64,000 nt of DNA from Bacteroidota bacterium (GCA_002862745.1 PKDX01000049.1:36810-100809), one strand, 5' to 3'. Positions 39,770-49,207 are shown, counted from the stretch's first letter. A program made the numbers and translations. The notes: generated from the sequence alone by a model not told the origin.

Positions 39770-40383
39770 TGCCTTATGTCCTTGAACATGACTTAGCTTC
39801 GGGCTGGCGCGCTTTGTGGGAATTAAGCGAAACCGAAGACTACTTCCTTGATTTAAATGTTTGGAGTGAAGACGACCTTCAACGACTTACACAAATGGAA
39901 AATCCAGCGCGCAGAATGCAATGGCTGGCGACCCGATTTATCCTGAAAGACAAACTAGGTGCAAAAACCCTGATAACCAAAAACAAACAAGGAAAACCGC
40001 AAATAGACCTAGGCTTTATTAGCCTAAGCCATTCCAAGGATTGTGCTGCTGTCGTCTTTGACCAAAACCATGAAGTGAGTGTAGATGTTGAAGAGATAGG
40101 AGAGAAAGTGAAACGTGTGGCAAAAAAATTTCTAACGGACGAAGAATTCATCATTCTTGAAGGCCATGGAGGCGATGAAAACTTACTGCTTACCAAAGCA
40201 TGGACGGCGAAGGAAGTTGTTTTTAAATGGTTTGGTCATGGGGAGCTACCCTTCCGCGAGGCCATACAAATTCAAAACATTACCGAAGACACCATGGATG
40301 TTGTGCTCAGCGCCGATGGGCATGTCAAACTGCATAGGATTCACCACCTCCAATGGAAGAATACCGTAATGGCTTATCTCTAA
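39769..40383 (+). CDS. 4'-phosphopantetheinyl transferase (Sfp/EntD type)
   Basis: VSVDVEEI (metal-binding) and WTAKEVVFKW (WxxKE motif). 204 aa. TAATG overlap with the preceding gene. Confidence 0.65.
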   Translation: MPYVLEHDLASGWRALWELSETEDYFLDLNVWSEDDLQRLTQMENPARRMQWLATRFILKDKLGAKTLITKNKQGKPQIDLGFISLSHSKDCAAVVFDQNHEVSVDVEEIGEKVKRVAKKFLTDEEFIILEGHGGDENLLLTKAWTAKEVVFKWFGHGELPFREAIQIQNITEDTMDVVLSADGHVKLHRIHHLQWKNTVMAYL

Positions 40384-40409
40384 GATCTAACTTAATTGAC
40401 TATCATATC

Positions 40410-41159
40410 ATGATGAAAACAACCTACCTGTACCTCGGTCTTTTTGCTACTTTACTTTTTATGGGTTGTGATGATGAAGATAATGGTGATTGCAATTGCG
40501 TTCTTCCCCCTCCAGAAGTTGTTTATTCAGTAGAATTTACCAATGGGAGTGAAAGCCTTGAAGCAGGAGATACTGTTCTTATTAATAACAAACAAGTAGT
40601 TGTTGAACGCATCCAGTTTTACCTTGGGGACATTACTGCGAAACGAGGCGATTCCAGCGATATCTTGATTCGCGAAGTAGAGTTTTTCTCTTTAGATAAC
40701 GCTCCAGAAGATAATCAGTTTATTCGTACGCTTGCCGAAGGAGACTATACAGGGTTAGGCTTTTCAGTTGGAATCAATGAAATACTTAATCAAGGAAATA
40801 CAGCCCAATGGGATGCTGGTGATCCCTTGAGCACATCAAATAACATGTACTGGCCCATGGGAGGGTACATCTTCAGCAAATTTGAAGGGCGACTCATTAC
40901 AGATACCGTCATCTCGGTAATCTATCATATCGGGCGGGAAGCCAATCGAAGAGATTTGGCATTTGATGAGAACTTCTCCATCATTGGAGCAAGCAACGTA
41001 GATATTTCCTTTGATGTCCAGAAACTTTTTGGTGCCGACGGAGGAACGAGCATTAATCCAGCTACTCAAAACGAAACACACACTATGAATGACCCGCAAC
41101 TTGCAGGCATTATTGCCGACAATTATGCGAATGCATTGAGCGTGACCTTTCCTCAGTAA
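40410..41159 (+). CDS. MbnP-like lipoprotein (putative periplasmic Cu-binding partner of the adjacent di-haem enzyme)
   Basis: Lipobox MMKTTYLYLGLFATLLFMGC (start moved to the ATG at 40410). The central block NNMYWPMGGYIFSKFEG resembles the conserved Trp-containing block of MbnP-family proteins (from memory). Located 11 nt upstream of a di-haem peroxidase gene. Confidence 0.5.
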   Translation: MMKTTYLYLGLFATLLFMGCDDEDNGDCNCVLPPPEVVYSVEFTNGSESLEAGDTVLINNKQVVVERIQFYLGDITAKRGDSSDILIREVEFFSLDNAPEDNQFIRTLAEGDYTGLGFSVGINEILNQGNTAQWDAGDPLSTSNNMYWPMGGYIFSKFEGRLITDTVISVIYHIGREANRRDLAFDENFSIIGASNVDISFDVQKLFGADGGTSINPATQNETHTMNDPQLAGIIADNYANALSVTFPQ

Positions 41160-41170
41160 ATAACCATTGA

Positions 41171-42292
41171 GTGAGTCGCAATCAGTTCTACATAGCCACC
41201 CTTGTTATCATTGTTTGCGGACTCCTTTGGGCATGTAGACCCGATGATGGAGTTATACCCCCTTCAGCATTATACGATCCGAGCCCATATGCCTTTAATC
41301 GGCCCGAATTAGAAGGACCTAATCGCTTGTTTCCTCTCATGGTCGTTCCTAGCAACAATCCGATGACGATGGCCAAAGTGGAACTCGGACGACATTTATT
41401 CTATGATGCAAGATTGTCGGTTAGCGGCGATCAGTCTTGTAATTCGTGCCATAAACAAGAATATAATTTTGGAGATAATGTGGCCCTCTCAACCAATGCA
41501 AGTGGTAGTCGAAACAGCCGAAATTCCATGCCGCTAGTAAACCTTGGCTGGGCAAATAATGGCCTTATGTGGGACGGAAGGACCGTTGATTTAGAGGCGG
41601 CGAGTGCTGATGCCATTTTCAGTGAATTACATCCCAATCCAAGTGCCATACTCGATATTCTTCGTGAGGATTCTTTGTATGCTAATCTCTTTGCTAAAGC
41701 CTTTGAAGATGGCACAATCACCCTAGAAAACATCAATAAGTCCCTAGCGAGCTTTATGCGCTCCATCGTATCGATTGATAGTAGATATGATCGCTACGTC
41801 AAGTTTGGCTTAAACGAGTTAAGTCAAGAGGAATTTAGGGGCTTTGAAATGGTTTTTTCCTCGGAAGAGGGAGACTGTTTTCATTGTCATGCATCCTCGG
41901 ATGTTCTATTCTCTGATTTCAGTTTTCACAATATTGGGTTGGATAGCAACATCACCACTATCTATGATTTTGCAGACTACGGTCTTGGAGGAAGCACAGG
42001 CAACGAAGAGGAATATGGCCTCTTTAAGACTCCTACGCTCCGTAATTGGGCCTACTCAGCACCTTACATGCATGATGGACGCTTTACAACGATGGAACAA
42101 GTTGTTGAGTTTCACAGTTCAGACCTAAAGAACTCCCCCAACCTTGACGTTATCATGCTGAAGGATGGGAAAATTCAGAACGGTGGCCTGCAAATGACAC
42201 CGCAAGAAAAAAGCGACCTCCTAGCCTTTCTTCAAACACTCAACGATACCGTCTTTTTAAACAATCCCGCCTATTCAAATCCTTTTGAGTAA
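41171..42292 (+). CDS. di-haem cytochrome c peroxidase family protein (CcpA/MauG/MbnH-like)
   Basis: Two haem c sites CNSCH and CFHCH, with GLFKTPTLRN and APYMHDGRFTT blocks typical of bacterial di-haem peroxidases. GTG start with lipoprotein-like signal ...CGLLWAC. Confidence 0.8.
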   Translation: MSRNQFYIATLVIIVCGLLWACRPDDGVIPPSALYDPSPYAFNRPELEGPNRLFPLMVVPSNNPMTMAKVELGRHLFYDARLSVSGDQSCNSCHKQEYNFGDNVALSTNASGSRNSRNSMPLVNLGWANNGLMWDGRTVDLEAASADAIFSELHPNPSAILDILREDSLYANLFAKAFEDGTITLENINKSLASFMRSIVSIDSRYDRYVKFGLNELSQEEFRGFEMVFSSEEGDCFHCHASSDVLFSDFSFHNIGLDSNITTIYDFADYGLGGSTGNEEEYGLFKTPTLRNWAYSAPYMHDGRFTTMEQVVEFHSSDLKNSPNLDVIMLKDGKIQNGGLQMTPQEKSDLLAFLQTLNDTVFLNNPAYSNPFE

Positions 42293-42319
42293 AGAAATAG
42301 CGCGACAACTTGGTCTTTC

Positions 42320-43999
42320 TTACTCAAAAAAGCGGTCGGGATAGTCTGTAATAATGCCGTCGACACCCATTTCGATAAGTCGCTTCATGTCCTCAACTTC
42401 ATTAACTGTCCAAGGGACTACAAAAACACCTGCAGCGTGGGCATCCTCAATTCTTGAAGAATACACCAAATTGTATCGCGGACTGTAGATGTCGGGCACA
42501 AAGCCTAATTCAGCAATGATTTCCCTTAGATTTCCGTTTTCACCGTCAAGTAAAACGATGGATAAATCTTGGCTGTACTTACCCTCTAATTGACCCTTTC
42601 GTAGCGCGCGCAATACGCGTAAATCAAAAGACTGAATGCTGACCCTTCGCATAGCAATGGAATCTAGTGCCAGGTCTATGACCTTATAGACTTCTTCCAC
42701 AGATTCACTTGGAATAGGATGATAGACATTATCCCCTGCTCGACTTGATTTGATTTCAATAGAATACTTTATGGATGCCTTGCCATGTTCTTTGATATAC
42801 GACTCAACCTCTTGGATTACATCATATAACATGGGTTTTACAGCTTCCGTATTGATTTGTTGGCTAAACTCAGGATGCTCTAGAGAGCCGCAATCACATC
42901 GACTAAGCGAGTCATAGGTCATGGCGTAAATATTCCAAGCTTTTTCATCCGTTTTAGGAATGGGATTCCCCTCAGGATCCAAACAAATTGTGGCATTGAG
43001 CCAAGGTTCGTGGGAGAGTACTACTTTTCCATCGCGTGTTATCACAACATCCATTTCCAGCGTGGTCACACCAAGATCAACGGCATGAATCATAGCCTGC
43101 AAGGTGTTTTCTGGATAAAGTCCACGGCAGCCTCTATGACCCTGTAGATCAAAGGCAGTAAGCTCTTCTAAGGCAATGACCTCAGGTTCTATTAAATGGC
43201 TTAATAAGGGGCCTAATTGGTCAGCTTGTATATAATCGATGCCCAATTCGATGCCTTTACGATAACATCGACTCACATCCCGCCTACCAAGGCAATCTAA
43301 AAAAACCGTCCCTCCCTTACTATGAATGGCATCTACATAGCGCTTGGTAAGTTGTCGAAACGGCACATTAATTATGGCGGATGGATTTGCTATTAGCGTT
43401 GAATAAGTCGATTTCTTCTTCGCAAAAGGACCTTGACGGATGACCAGCGAATCTAATTGGAGCAGGTCGATCTGTGTTTGAATGGATTGGCGTAACACCT
43501 CATCACTACAATGAAGAATAACCCTATGCTTTTCCATGATTCCAGAGGCGCCAATAACATCGATTAAGCGGATTGGGTCGCACTCTTTAATATCTAGATC
43601 GGGTGCTGTATTCGGAGTATTTGCAAGTAATCCTAAGATTAGAGCTAGTGTTGGGATGCGTTCTCCCTTATTCGACCCACTGAACCAACTGCCAGCATCT
43701 AAAGTTCTGAGTTCTTCATAGGTAAAGTCCCGCAGATAGCCCTTGCCATTTGTAGTGCGTTCAAGGCGGGCGTCATGCATCAACACCAATACCCCATCTT
43801 TACTTTGACGAACATCCATTTCAATGCGGTCTGCACCGAGTTCTATGGCCTTTACTGTACTTGCCAAGGTGTTTTCAGGAGCACTTAATGAAGCTCCTCG
43901 ATGCGCAACACTTTCTACTTGACCATATAACAGGCCACAACACAAAAACAACATAACTGCGAATAAAAATTGCAACGAAAAAGTGGTGTGCTTAATCAT
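42320..43999 (-). CDS. tandem glycerophosphodiester phosphodiesterase (two GDPD domains), secreted or membrane-anchored
   Basis: Two GDPD N-terminal catalytic signatures, AHRGASLSAPENTL and GHRGCRGLYPENTL, each followed by E-D-H blocks (IEMDVRQSKDGVLVLMHD; LEMDVVITRDGKVVLSHE). Hydrophobic N-terminus. Start set to the ATG at 43999 (ORF track 44044). Confidence 0.8.
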   Translation of the reverse strand: MIKHTTFSLQFLFAVMLFLCCGLLYGQVESVAHRGASLSAPENTLASTVKAIELGADRIEMDVRQSKDGVLVLMHDARLERTTNGKGYLRDFTYEELRTLDAGSWFSGSNKGERIPTLALILGLLANTPNTAPDLDIKECDPIRLIDVIGASGIMEKHRVILHCSDEVLRQSIQTQIDLLQLDSLVIRQGPFAKKKSTYSTLIANPSAIINVPFRQLTKRYVDAIHSKGGTVFLDCLGRRDVSRCYRKGIELGIDYIQADQLGPLLSHLIEPEVIALEELTAFDLQGHRGCRGLYPENTLQAMIHAVDLGVTTLEMDVVITRDGKVVLSHEPWLNATICLDPEGNPIPKTDEKAWNIYAMTYDSLSRCDCGSLEHPEFSQQINTEAVKPMLYDVIQEVESYIKEHGKASIKYSIEIKSSRAGDNVYHPIPSESVEEVYKVIDLALDSIAMRRVSIQSFDLRVLRALRKGQLEGKYSQDLSIVLLDGENGNLREIIAELGFVPDIYSPRYNLVYSSRIEDAHAAGVFVVPWTVNEVEDMKRLIEMGVDGIITDYPDRFFE

Positions 44000-44139
44000 A
44001 CTAATCGAATTGTTCCCCATCCAAAGACTTAACAAGTGTATCATCCTATAAGGTGGTCTGTTAAATATAAGCTTGTTGAAAAGTGTAACATGATATCCAG
44101 CAAAAAAATTTGATTTTTATTTCAATCAATTGCCACTCT

Positions 44140-45477
44140 ATGAAAGCCAAAAGCAAACAGAAAATTTTCGTTCTTGATACTTCTGTGATTCTCTATGACC
44201 ACCAGGCACCTACGGAGTTTGATGACAACCATATTGCAATTCCTATTCAAGTACTCGAAGAGTTGGATAATTTCAAAAAGGGAAATGATACAAGAAATTT
44301 TGCTGCTCGGCAATTTATTCGATTGATGGATGAGTTGGGCAATCGAGAAAATCTATTAAATGGCTGGGTGCCCCTTCCCGGGAAAAAGAAAGGAAACCTT
44401 ACCGTGGTATTGACGAGAGAAGCTTTACCCATTGATGCAGAAAAGGTATTTGGAGAACGCAAAAACGACCACAAGATCATCAATGCTGCCTTGAAATTAC
44501 GAGATGATTTTCCAGAGCATAAAGTGGTATTAGTCACCAAGGATATCTGCCTACGCGTAAAGTCTAAATCGCTTAATCTGCATGCCGAAGATTACGAAAC
44601 GGGAAAGGTAAAGGATGTCGATGATCTGTATACAGGTAAGTCCTCTATTGAAGAATTGGATGCCTCTATCATTGATGAGCTGGCGCAAGACCGAATCATT
44701 GACTACAAACGGTTCCAAAAGACAAAGCCTTACGACAATCAATTCTTCACGTTAACCAATTGCACAAAATCTATCCTTGGATACTACAACCCAATGATCG
44801 ACAAGGTTGAGCGCGTTGAAAAGAAGACCGTTTGTCGCATCAAGCCGCGTAATGCGGAGCAAACCTTCGCGCTTGAAGCCTTGATGAATCCAAAAATCAA
44901 ATTAGTCACCCTCAGGGGGGCAGCAGGTACTGGGAAAACCCTCATGGCCATTGCTTCGGCCATTGAGCAAAAACGCAACTACCACCAAATCTATATAACC
45001 CGGCCAATCATACCCTTATCGAATAAGGACATCGGCTACCTACCTGGCGACGTAAAATCAAAGCTTGACCCCTACATGCAGCCGATCCACGACAACATAA
45101 AATATATTAAGGCCCAATTCCCCGAAAAAGATCCTATGCGCAAGAAATTAGAGCAGATGATCGAGCAGGAAAAAATTGCTATCGCTCCGCTCGCCTACAT
45201 TCGGGGAAGAACCTTAGCCAACGCCTTCTTTATCGTGGATGAAGCACAAAACCTTACGCCTCACGAAGTAAAAACAATCATATCCAGGGCTGGAGACGGC
45301 ACCAAAGTCGTTTTCACCGGGGATATAAACCAAATTGATACGCCATATCTCGATGCCGAATCCAATGGCTTGAGCTATGTAATCGATAAGGTTAAAAACA
45401 ATCCGCTCTTTGCCCATATTACCCTAGAAAAGGGAGAGCGAAGTGAACTGGCCAATCTAGCCAATGAACTGCTGTAA
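44140..45477 (+). CDS. PIN-domain + PhoH-like ATPase (YlaK family)
   Basis: N-terminal PIN (IFVLDTSVILYD ... VTKDICLRVK), and C-terminal PhoH P-loop GAAGTGKT with FIVDEAQN. Start moved from the TTG at 44110 to the ATG at 44140. Confidence 0.85.
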   Translation: MKAKSKQKIFVLDTSVILYDHQAPTEFDDNHIAIPIQVLEELDNFKKGNDTRNFAARQFIRLMDELGNRENLLNGWVPLPGKKKGNLTVVLTREALPIDAEKVFGERKNDHKIINAALKLRDDFPEHKVVLVTKDICLRVKSKSLNLHAEDYETGKVKDVDDLYTGKSSIEELDASIIDELAQDRIIDYKRFQKTKPYDNQFFTLTNCTKSILGYYNPMIDKVERVEKKTVCRIKPRNAEQTFALEALMNPKIKLVTLRGAAGTGKTLMAIASAIEQKRNYHQIYITRPIIPLSNKDIGYLPGDVKSKLDPYMQPIHDNIKYIKAQFPEKDPMRKKLEQMIEQEKIAIAPLAYIRGRTLANAFFIVDEAQNLTPHEVKTIISRAGDGTKVVFTGDINQIDTPYLDAESNGLSYVIDKVKNNPLFAHITLEKGERSELANLANELL

Positions 45478-45498
45478 GCTAAGCTAGTTTACTCAGTC

Positions 45499-47928
45499 TT
45501 ACTCCTCTGTGGGGGTATTCATTTTAGTGAGGAAACGCTCCCACTTAGATACTTGCCAAGGCACTAAATCCATTTTTTTAAGGTGGCGGTCGCACAGGCG
45601 CTGCATCGACTCATCCCAATTCTTTTCCAAAAGGCTTTGTCCCTGACGGGCAAGTCGAGAGTTGAAATGGACCGCAGCATCCATGGCATAAAATACTACA
45701 CTTTCTGGCAAATTATCCAGCGATTCAAATGCACTTAACGCTGAAATCCTCGTCCTAAACTCAAACGCGGGACTGCACATATCCGCTAACTCCTCAACAG
45801 CCTTGTTATCCTCTTCAATTAAGCGCTTTAAACCGTAGATCTTTACCGTTGAGTTATCGACCGTTCCCACTTGATCAATAAATCCTTGTTTATCATCAGG
45901 AAATGCTTCGCACAATGCATCTAAGGCAAGGGCTATATTAACGTAGGATGCGTCGGAAAGCATGGATTCTACATCCTCTCTATATTCCCTTGGTATGGTA
46001 TCAAGTGCCCAAAGCGCTTGGCGGCGTACCAAGTGATCTCTGTCGAGTAGGGCATCATGCATCCAAAGAGGCAGGCCATCTGCAACCGCTCTGAATCGTG
46101 AGATGATAAAGCGCTTTTCCAATCGTGTTTTCGCTGTTTTAAATAAATCGTAAAGCTCCAACTCATCGGTAAACTGAGCATAATCTAATGCCTCAAGGGC
46201 ATCCAAACGATCCATGAGATTAACCGCAAGATGGGCTTGGCTTAACAATTCATCCAACGGTCTATCCCAAGTCCTTTGACTGAGAACTTCTCGATTTACG
46301 TCGACCAAAGAAAACGCTAACTTATCATGGACATGGTGAGTATCCAACGGAACAAAGATTGTATCGACGAGCCCTTCCACATAAAACCGCTCTTGACTAT
46401 ACTCTCCATCTGTATAGACCAACTTAAAATCCATTGGCATCTTGAACGGACCAATGATAGCTGATGTATCATGGATTTGACTGATAACAAATTGAAAACC
46501 TCCAGCTACAGAATCTCTGCGGATAGAATAATGCGGTTCGCCACCACCATAAACCCATTCCTCAAAAAACCAATCTAAATTAACTCCTGTACATTCCATA
46601 ATGGCAATGTATAAATGGTGGCTATCCACCATGCCATAAGGGTGCTTTTTTAGATAATGCTTAATCGAGCGCGTATAGGCCTCGTCACCAAGGACAAAGC
46701 GCATCATATCCAATACTAAACTACCCTTGTCGTAGTGCCTTGCACTCCCTCCAGCAATAGAACCAACAGGAAAGTTATTACGCTCAGCCGCACGCATAGA
46801 AGTCCGGCGCTCACCCCATCGAATCTCATCATACATTATCTCTCCAAGTACTTCTCGCCGAAAATGCTTTGCATAATGCGTGGCAAAGCTCTCGTGGAGC
46901 CAGTGATGCCTTCCACTCCAAGCTGTAATATAATCGCCAAACCATTGGTGGGCCAGTTCATGGGCATTTGTACCGATGTAGTTGCGCTCAAGGGCTTCGC
47001 GGTCATCTTGTAAGTAGATATCCGTGAAAATGGTAGAAGTGGTGTTTTCCATAGCCCCATATAAAAAGTCCCGAACGGGTACATTACGATAGACCTTTTG
47101 CCAAGGATAGTCGATGCCTAACTCCTCTTCAAACCAATCCATCATTTCTCGACTGAAGCGGTAGGTCACTTCTGCCGTCTCTGGCTTATCTGGATAATAA
47201 TATTGTTCATGCTGAACATGACTTGTAGACTCCATAGTAAGCACATCATATTCGCCAATGGCTAACATGAGAAGATACAGGGCATGAGGCTGGTCCATGG
47301 CATAATGCCACAGCGTATTCTCACCTTGCTCTTGTTTGCTTTGTAACACACCATTACCAATCACGGTATACTCCGACGGAAAGGAAACATGAACTGCAGT
47401 AATCAGTTTATCATTTTGGTCATCAAAACTTGGTATCCAATGCCTGTGATTAATCCCTTGACCCTGGGTCCAAATTTGCTTTCTCGCCCGACCACTTGGA
47501 TCATCCCATCCCACAAAATAAATACCTTTGGCAGGTTGACAGGTATACTCGAACGTTAGACGGTAACTTCTATGCCAATCCAAAGACGAGGCAAAATGAA
47601 TCATAACGCCACCTTCCACATAGGTAAATTGCAAGGTATCATCATCCAAAAGAATGTGATCAATTGTTATATCCACTGCGTCGAAGAAGGCCGAATCTAC
47701 CTCCTTTTGAATGGGTATACATTGGTAAGAAGCCTGACCATTTACCCTTCGTTCACTAGGATCTAAATCCACCACTAAATCAAGGGAAATCATATCAAGA
47801 CTATGCTCGCGATACCGCCCCTCCTCTTCAAAAAAACTTGCGTGCACATGTTCCTGAGCAACTACAGGTGTCACTGAGAACAAAAAAAGCAGAATAACTA
47901 TAAAGGGTGCTTTAGCTGACTTAATCAT
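45499..47928 (-). CDS. M1-family zinc aminopeptidase with C-terminal helical (HEAT-like) repeats
   Basis: GAMEN exopeptidase motif, HELAHQWFGD zinc site with downstream WLHESFA glutamate, and a signal peptide. 809 aa. 8-nt overlap with the upstream mini-gene. Confidence 0.85.
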   Translation of the reverse strand: MIKSAKAPFIVILLFLFSVTPVVAQEHVHASFFEEEGRYREHSLDMISLDLVVDLDPSERRVNGQASYQCIPIQKEVDSAFFDAVDITIDHILLDDDTLQFTYVEGGVMIHFASSLDWHRSYRLTFEYTCQPAKGIYFVGWDDPSGRARKQIWTQGQGINHRHWIPSFDDQNDKLITAVHVSFPSEYTVIGNGVLQSKQEQGENTLWHYAMDQPHALYLLMLAIGEYDVLTMESTSHVQHEQYYYPDKPETAEVTYRFSREMMDWFEEELGIDYPWQKVYRNVPVRDFLYGAMENTTSTIFTDIYLQDDREALERNYIGTNAHELAHQWFGDYITAWSGRHHWLHESFATHYAKHFRREVLGEIMYDEIRWGERRTSMRAAERNNFPVGSIAGGSARHYDKGSLVLDMMRFVLGDEAYTRSIKHYLKKHPYGMVDSHHLYIAIMECTGVNLDWFFEEWVYGGGEPHYSIRRDSVAGGFQFVISQIHDTSAIIGPFKMPMDFKLVYTDGEYSQERFYVEGLVDTIFVPLDTHHVHDKLAFSLVDVNREVLSQRTWDRPLDELLSQAHLAVNLMDRLDALEALDYAQFTDELELYDLFKTAKTRLEKRFIISRFRAVADGLPLWMHDALLDRDHLVRRQALWALDTIPREYREDVESMLSDASYVNIALALDALCEAFPDDKQGFIDQVGTVDNSTVKIYGLKRLIEEDNKAVEELADMCSPAFEFRTRISALSAFESLDNLPESVVFYAMDAAVHFNSRLARQGQSLLEKNWDESMQRLCDRHLKKMDLVPWQVSKWERFLTKMNTPTEE

Positions 47929-48154
47929 TGGAATTGGATTTAAAAAGCTTCTTTCTATTCCACCATATTAAGAATCCGACAACAATAAGAATCACTAATG
48001 GAAAAAGAAGCATATATAAAATGCCTGTGTTAATGGCATAGGCCTGACTCTCTTGGCTGCCTTCGGCATTCAATGTACACATGGCGCATTGACCTAGAAG
48101 GTCACCCAAAGAAACAAGGCAAACAAAACAGAGTATAAATAACGATCGCATCAT
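47921..48154 (-). CDS. 77-aa membrane mini-protein with CAMC motif
   Basis: Likely start is the ATG in TAATGATG overlapping the SCO-like stop (48154). The product is MMRSLFILCFVCLVSLGDLLGQ-CAMC-TLNAEGSQESQAYAINTG-ILYMLLFPLVILIVVGFLIWW-NRKK: a signal-like N-terminus, CxxC, and one C-terminal TM. The ORF-track version starts 16 codons earlier inside the SCO-like gene. Confidence 0.5.
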   Translation of the reverse strand: MMRSLFILCFVCLVSLGDLLGQCAMCTLNAEGSQESQAYAINTGILYMLLFPLVILIVVGFLIWWNRKKLFKSNSND

Positions 48155-48837
48155 TAGTCTTCTCGATTTCGGGAGGCATCTTTTTTCTTGACCTTCCTCC
48201 ATTTTTGGACTAGAATAATATCTGCCATAAGCCGATCAATGCTTTTAGCATCCGTGCCATCATAAAAGCCTCGAACACCTCCGAGATGGTCGAGCAATAC
48301 AATGGAGTCACTATGATACATGGGAACCTTTGAATGCCCTTCGTACCAGGGCATGGACAGCTGTTCAAAATAAAGCGGTTTAATCTCGGCTAAATCACCA
48401 CCTAAGAAATACCACTTTTTAGGAATTGCATCAAAGCGCTTTGCGAATGTCTGTCTACGCGATAAGCTATCATCACGGCCTAAGGCTATGGATAAAATTT
48501 TAACTTCCTGATCATCGATGTATTCAGTCTGAATCCGGGATAGCTGCTCCATAACCACTGGACATACTTTCTCTAAACAGTCGGCAGAATAAAAGGATAG
48601 GATACAGATATTATCGTCAAGGACCAATTCAGTAACTTCTTCATCTAACTGATCGCTCAACGTAAGAGATAGGCTATCGCCTAATACACATATTCTATCC
48701 GGCAGATCGACCTGCGGAATTCGAGACATGGGAAAGAAAATAATGTAGAGTAGGGCAATCCCCAGAATAATGAAGACAAGTATAAGCTTCCCTGAAACTT
48801 TCTTGGGTTGTTGTACTGTATCTGCCTTGTTTTTCAC
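48154..48837 (-). CDS. SCO/SenC-like thioredoxin-fold protein with atypical CxxxxC motif
   Basis: N-terminal TM anchor, thioredoxin-like region ILSFYSADCLEKVCP, distal HSDSIVLLDHLGGVRGFY (the conserved His region of SCO proteins), and position after the cox genes. The motif is C-LEKV-C (4 spacer residues) rather than canonical CxxxC. Confidence 0.55.
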   Translation of the reverse strand: MKNKADTVQQPKKVSGKLILVFIILGIALLYIIFFPMSRIPQVDLPDRICVLGDSLSLTLSDQLDEEVTELVLDDNICILSFYSADCLEKVCPVVMEQLSRIQTEYIDDQEVKILSIALGRDDSLSRRQTFAKRFDAIPKKWYFLGGDLAEIKPLYFEQLSMPWYEGHSKVPMYHSDSIVLLDHLGGVRGFYDGTDAKSIDRLMADIILVQKWRKVKKKDASRNRED

Positions 48838-48856
48838 GAATTGATCTGCGCCTTTC

Positions 48857-49207
48857 TTAGTGTAAACTATTTATGTTGCGTAGAAGTTCACCAAAGTTGC
48901 TTCCATCCATGCTAAACGCTATGATGGCAAGAATTAGAAAAGAGAATGGGAAAAGAATGGTAAAGGTAAATCCCTTCTTTTCGTGGTTAACGTGCATGAA
49001 GACTGCCATAATCCAATAGGCCTTAATCAGCGACGCCACACTAACAAAAATGCTAAGGACAATACGCGGATAGCCAGCAGGCAGAGCATACTTTTCATAC
49101 ATTAACGCACCTACAACTTCGACGATTGTAACAACCGATAAAATCGCTGTTGTGCGATACACTTCACGTACATTTTTTTTGTACTCCTCTTGGGTCATGT
49201 GCGCCAT
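48857..49207 (-). CDS. cytochrome c oxidase subunit IV (prokaryotic COX4 family)
   Basis: 116 aa, 3 TM helices, position immediately after the subunit III genes, and N-terminal basic segment YKKNVREVYRTTAILSVVTIVEV. Confidence 0.6.
   Translation of the reverse strand: MAHMTQEEYKKNVREVYRTTAILSVVTIVEVVGALMYEKYALPAGYPRIVLSIFVSVASLIKAYWIMAVFMHVNHEKKGFTFTILFPFSFLILAIIAFSMDGSNFGELLRNINSLH

Noticed and set aside
44140-45477. PIN-PhoH (YlaK) and RmuC (4548-5897) considered as parts of an anti-phage defence locus
   Set aside because: Both are single, widely conserved housekeeping-type genes here, flanked by core genes. No partner nuclease, methylase, helicase or sensor genes are nearby.
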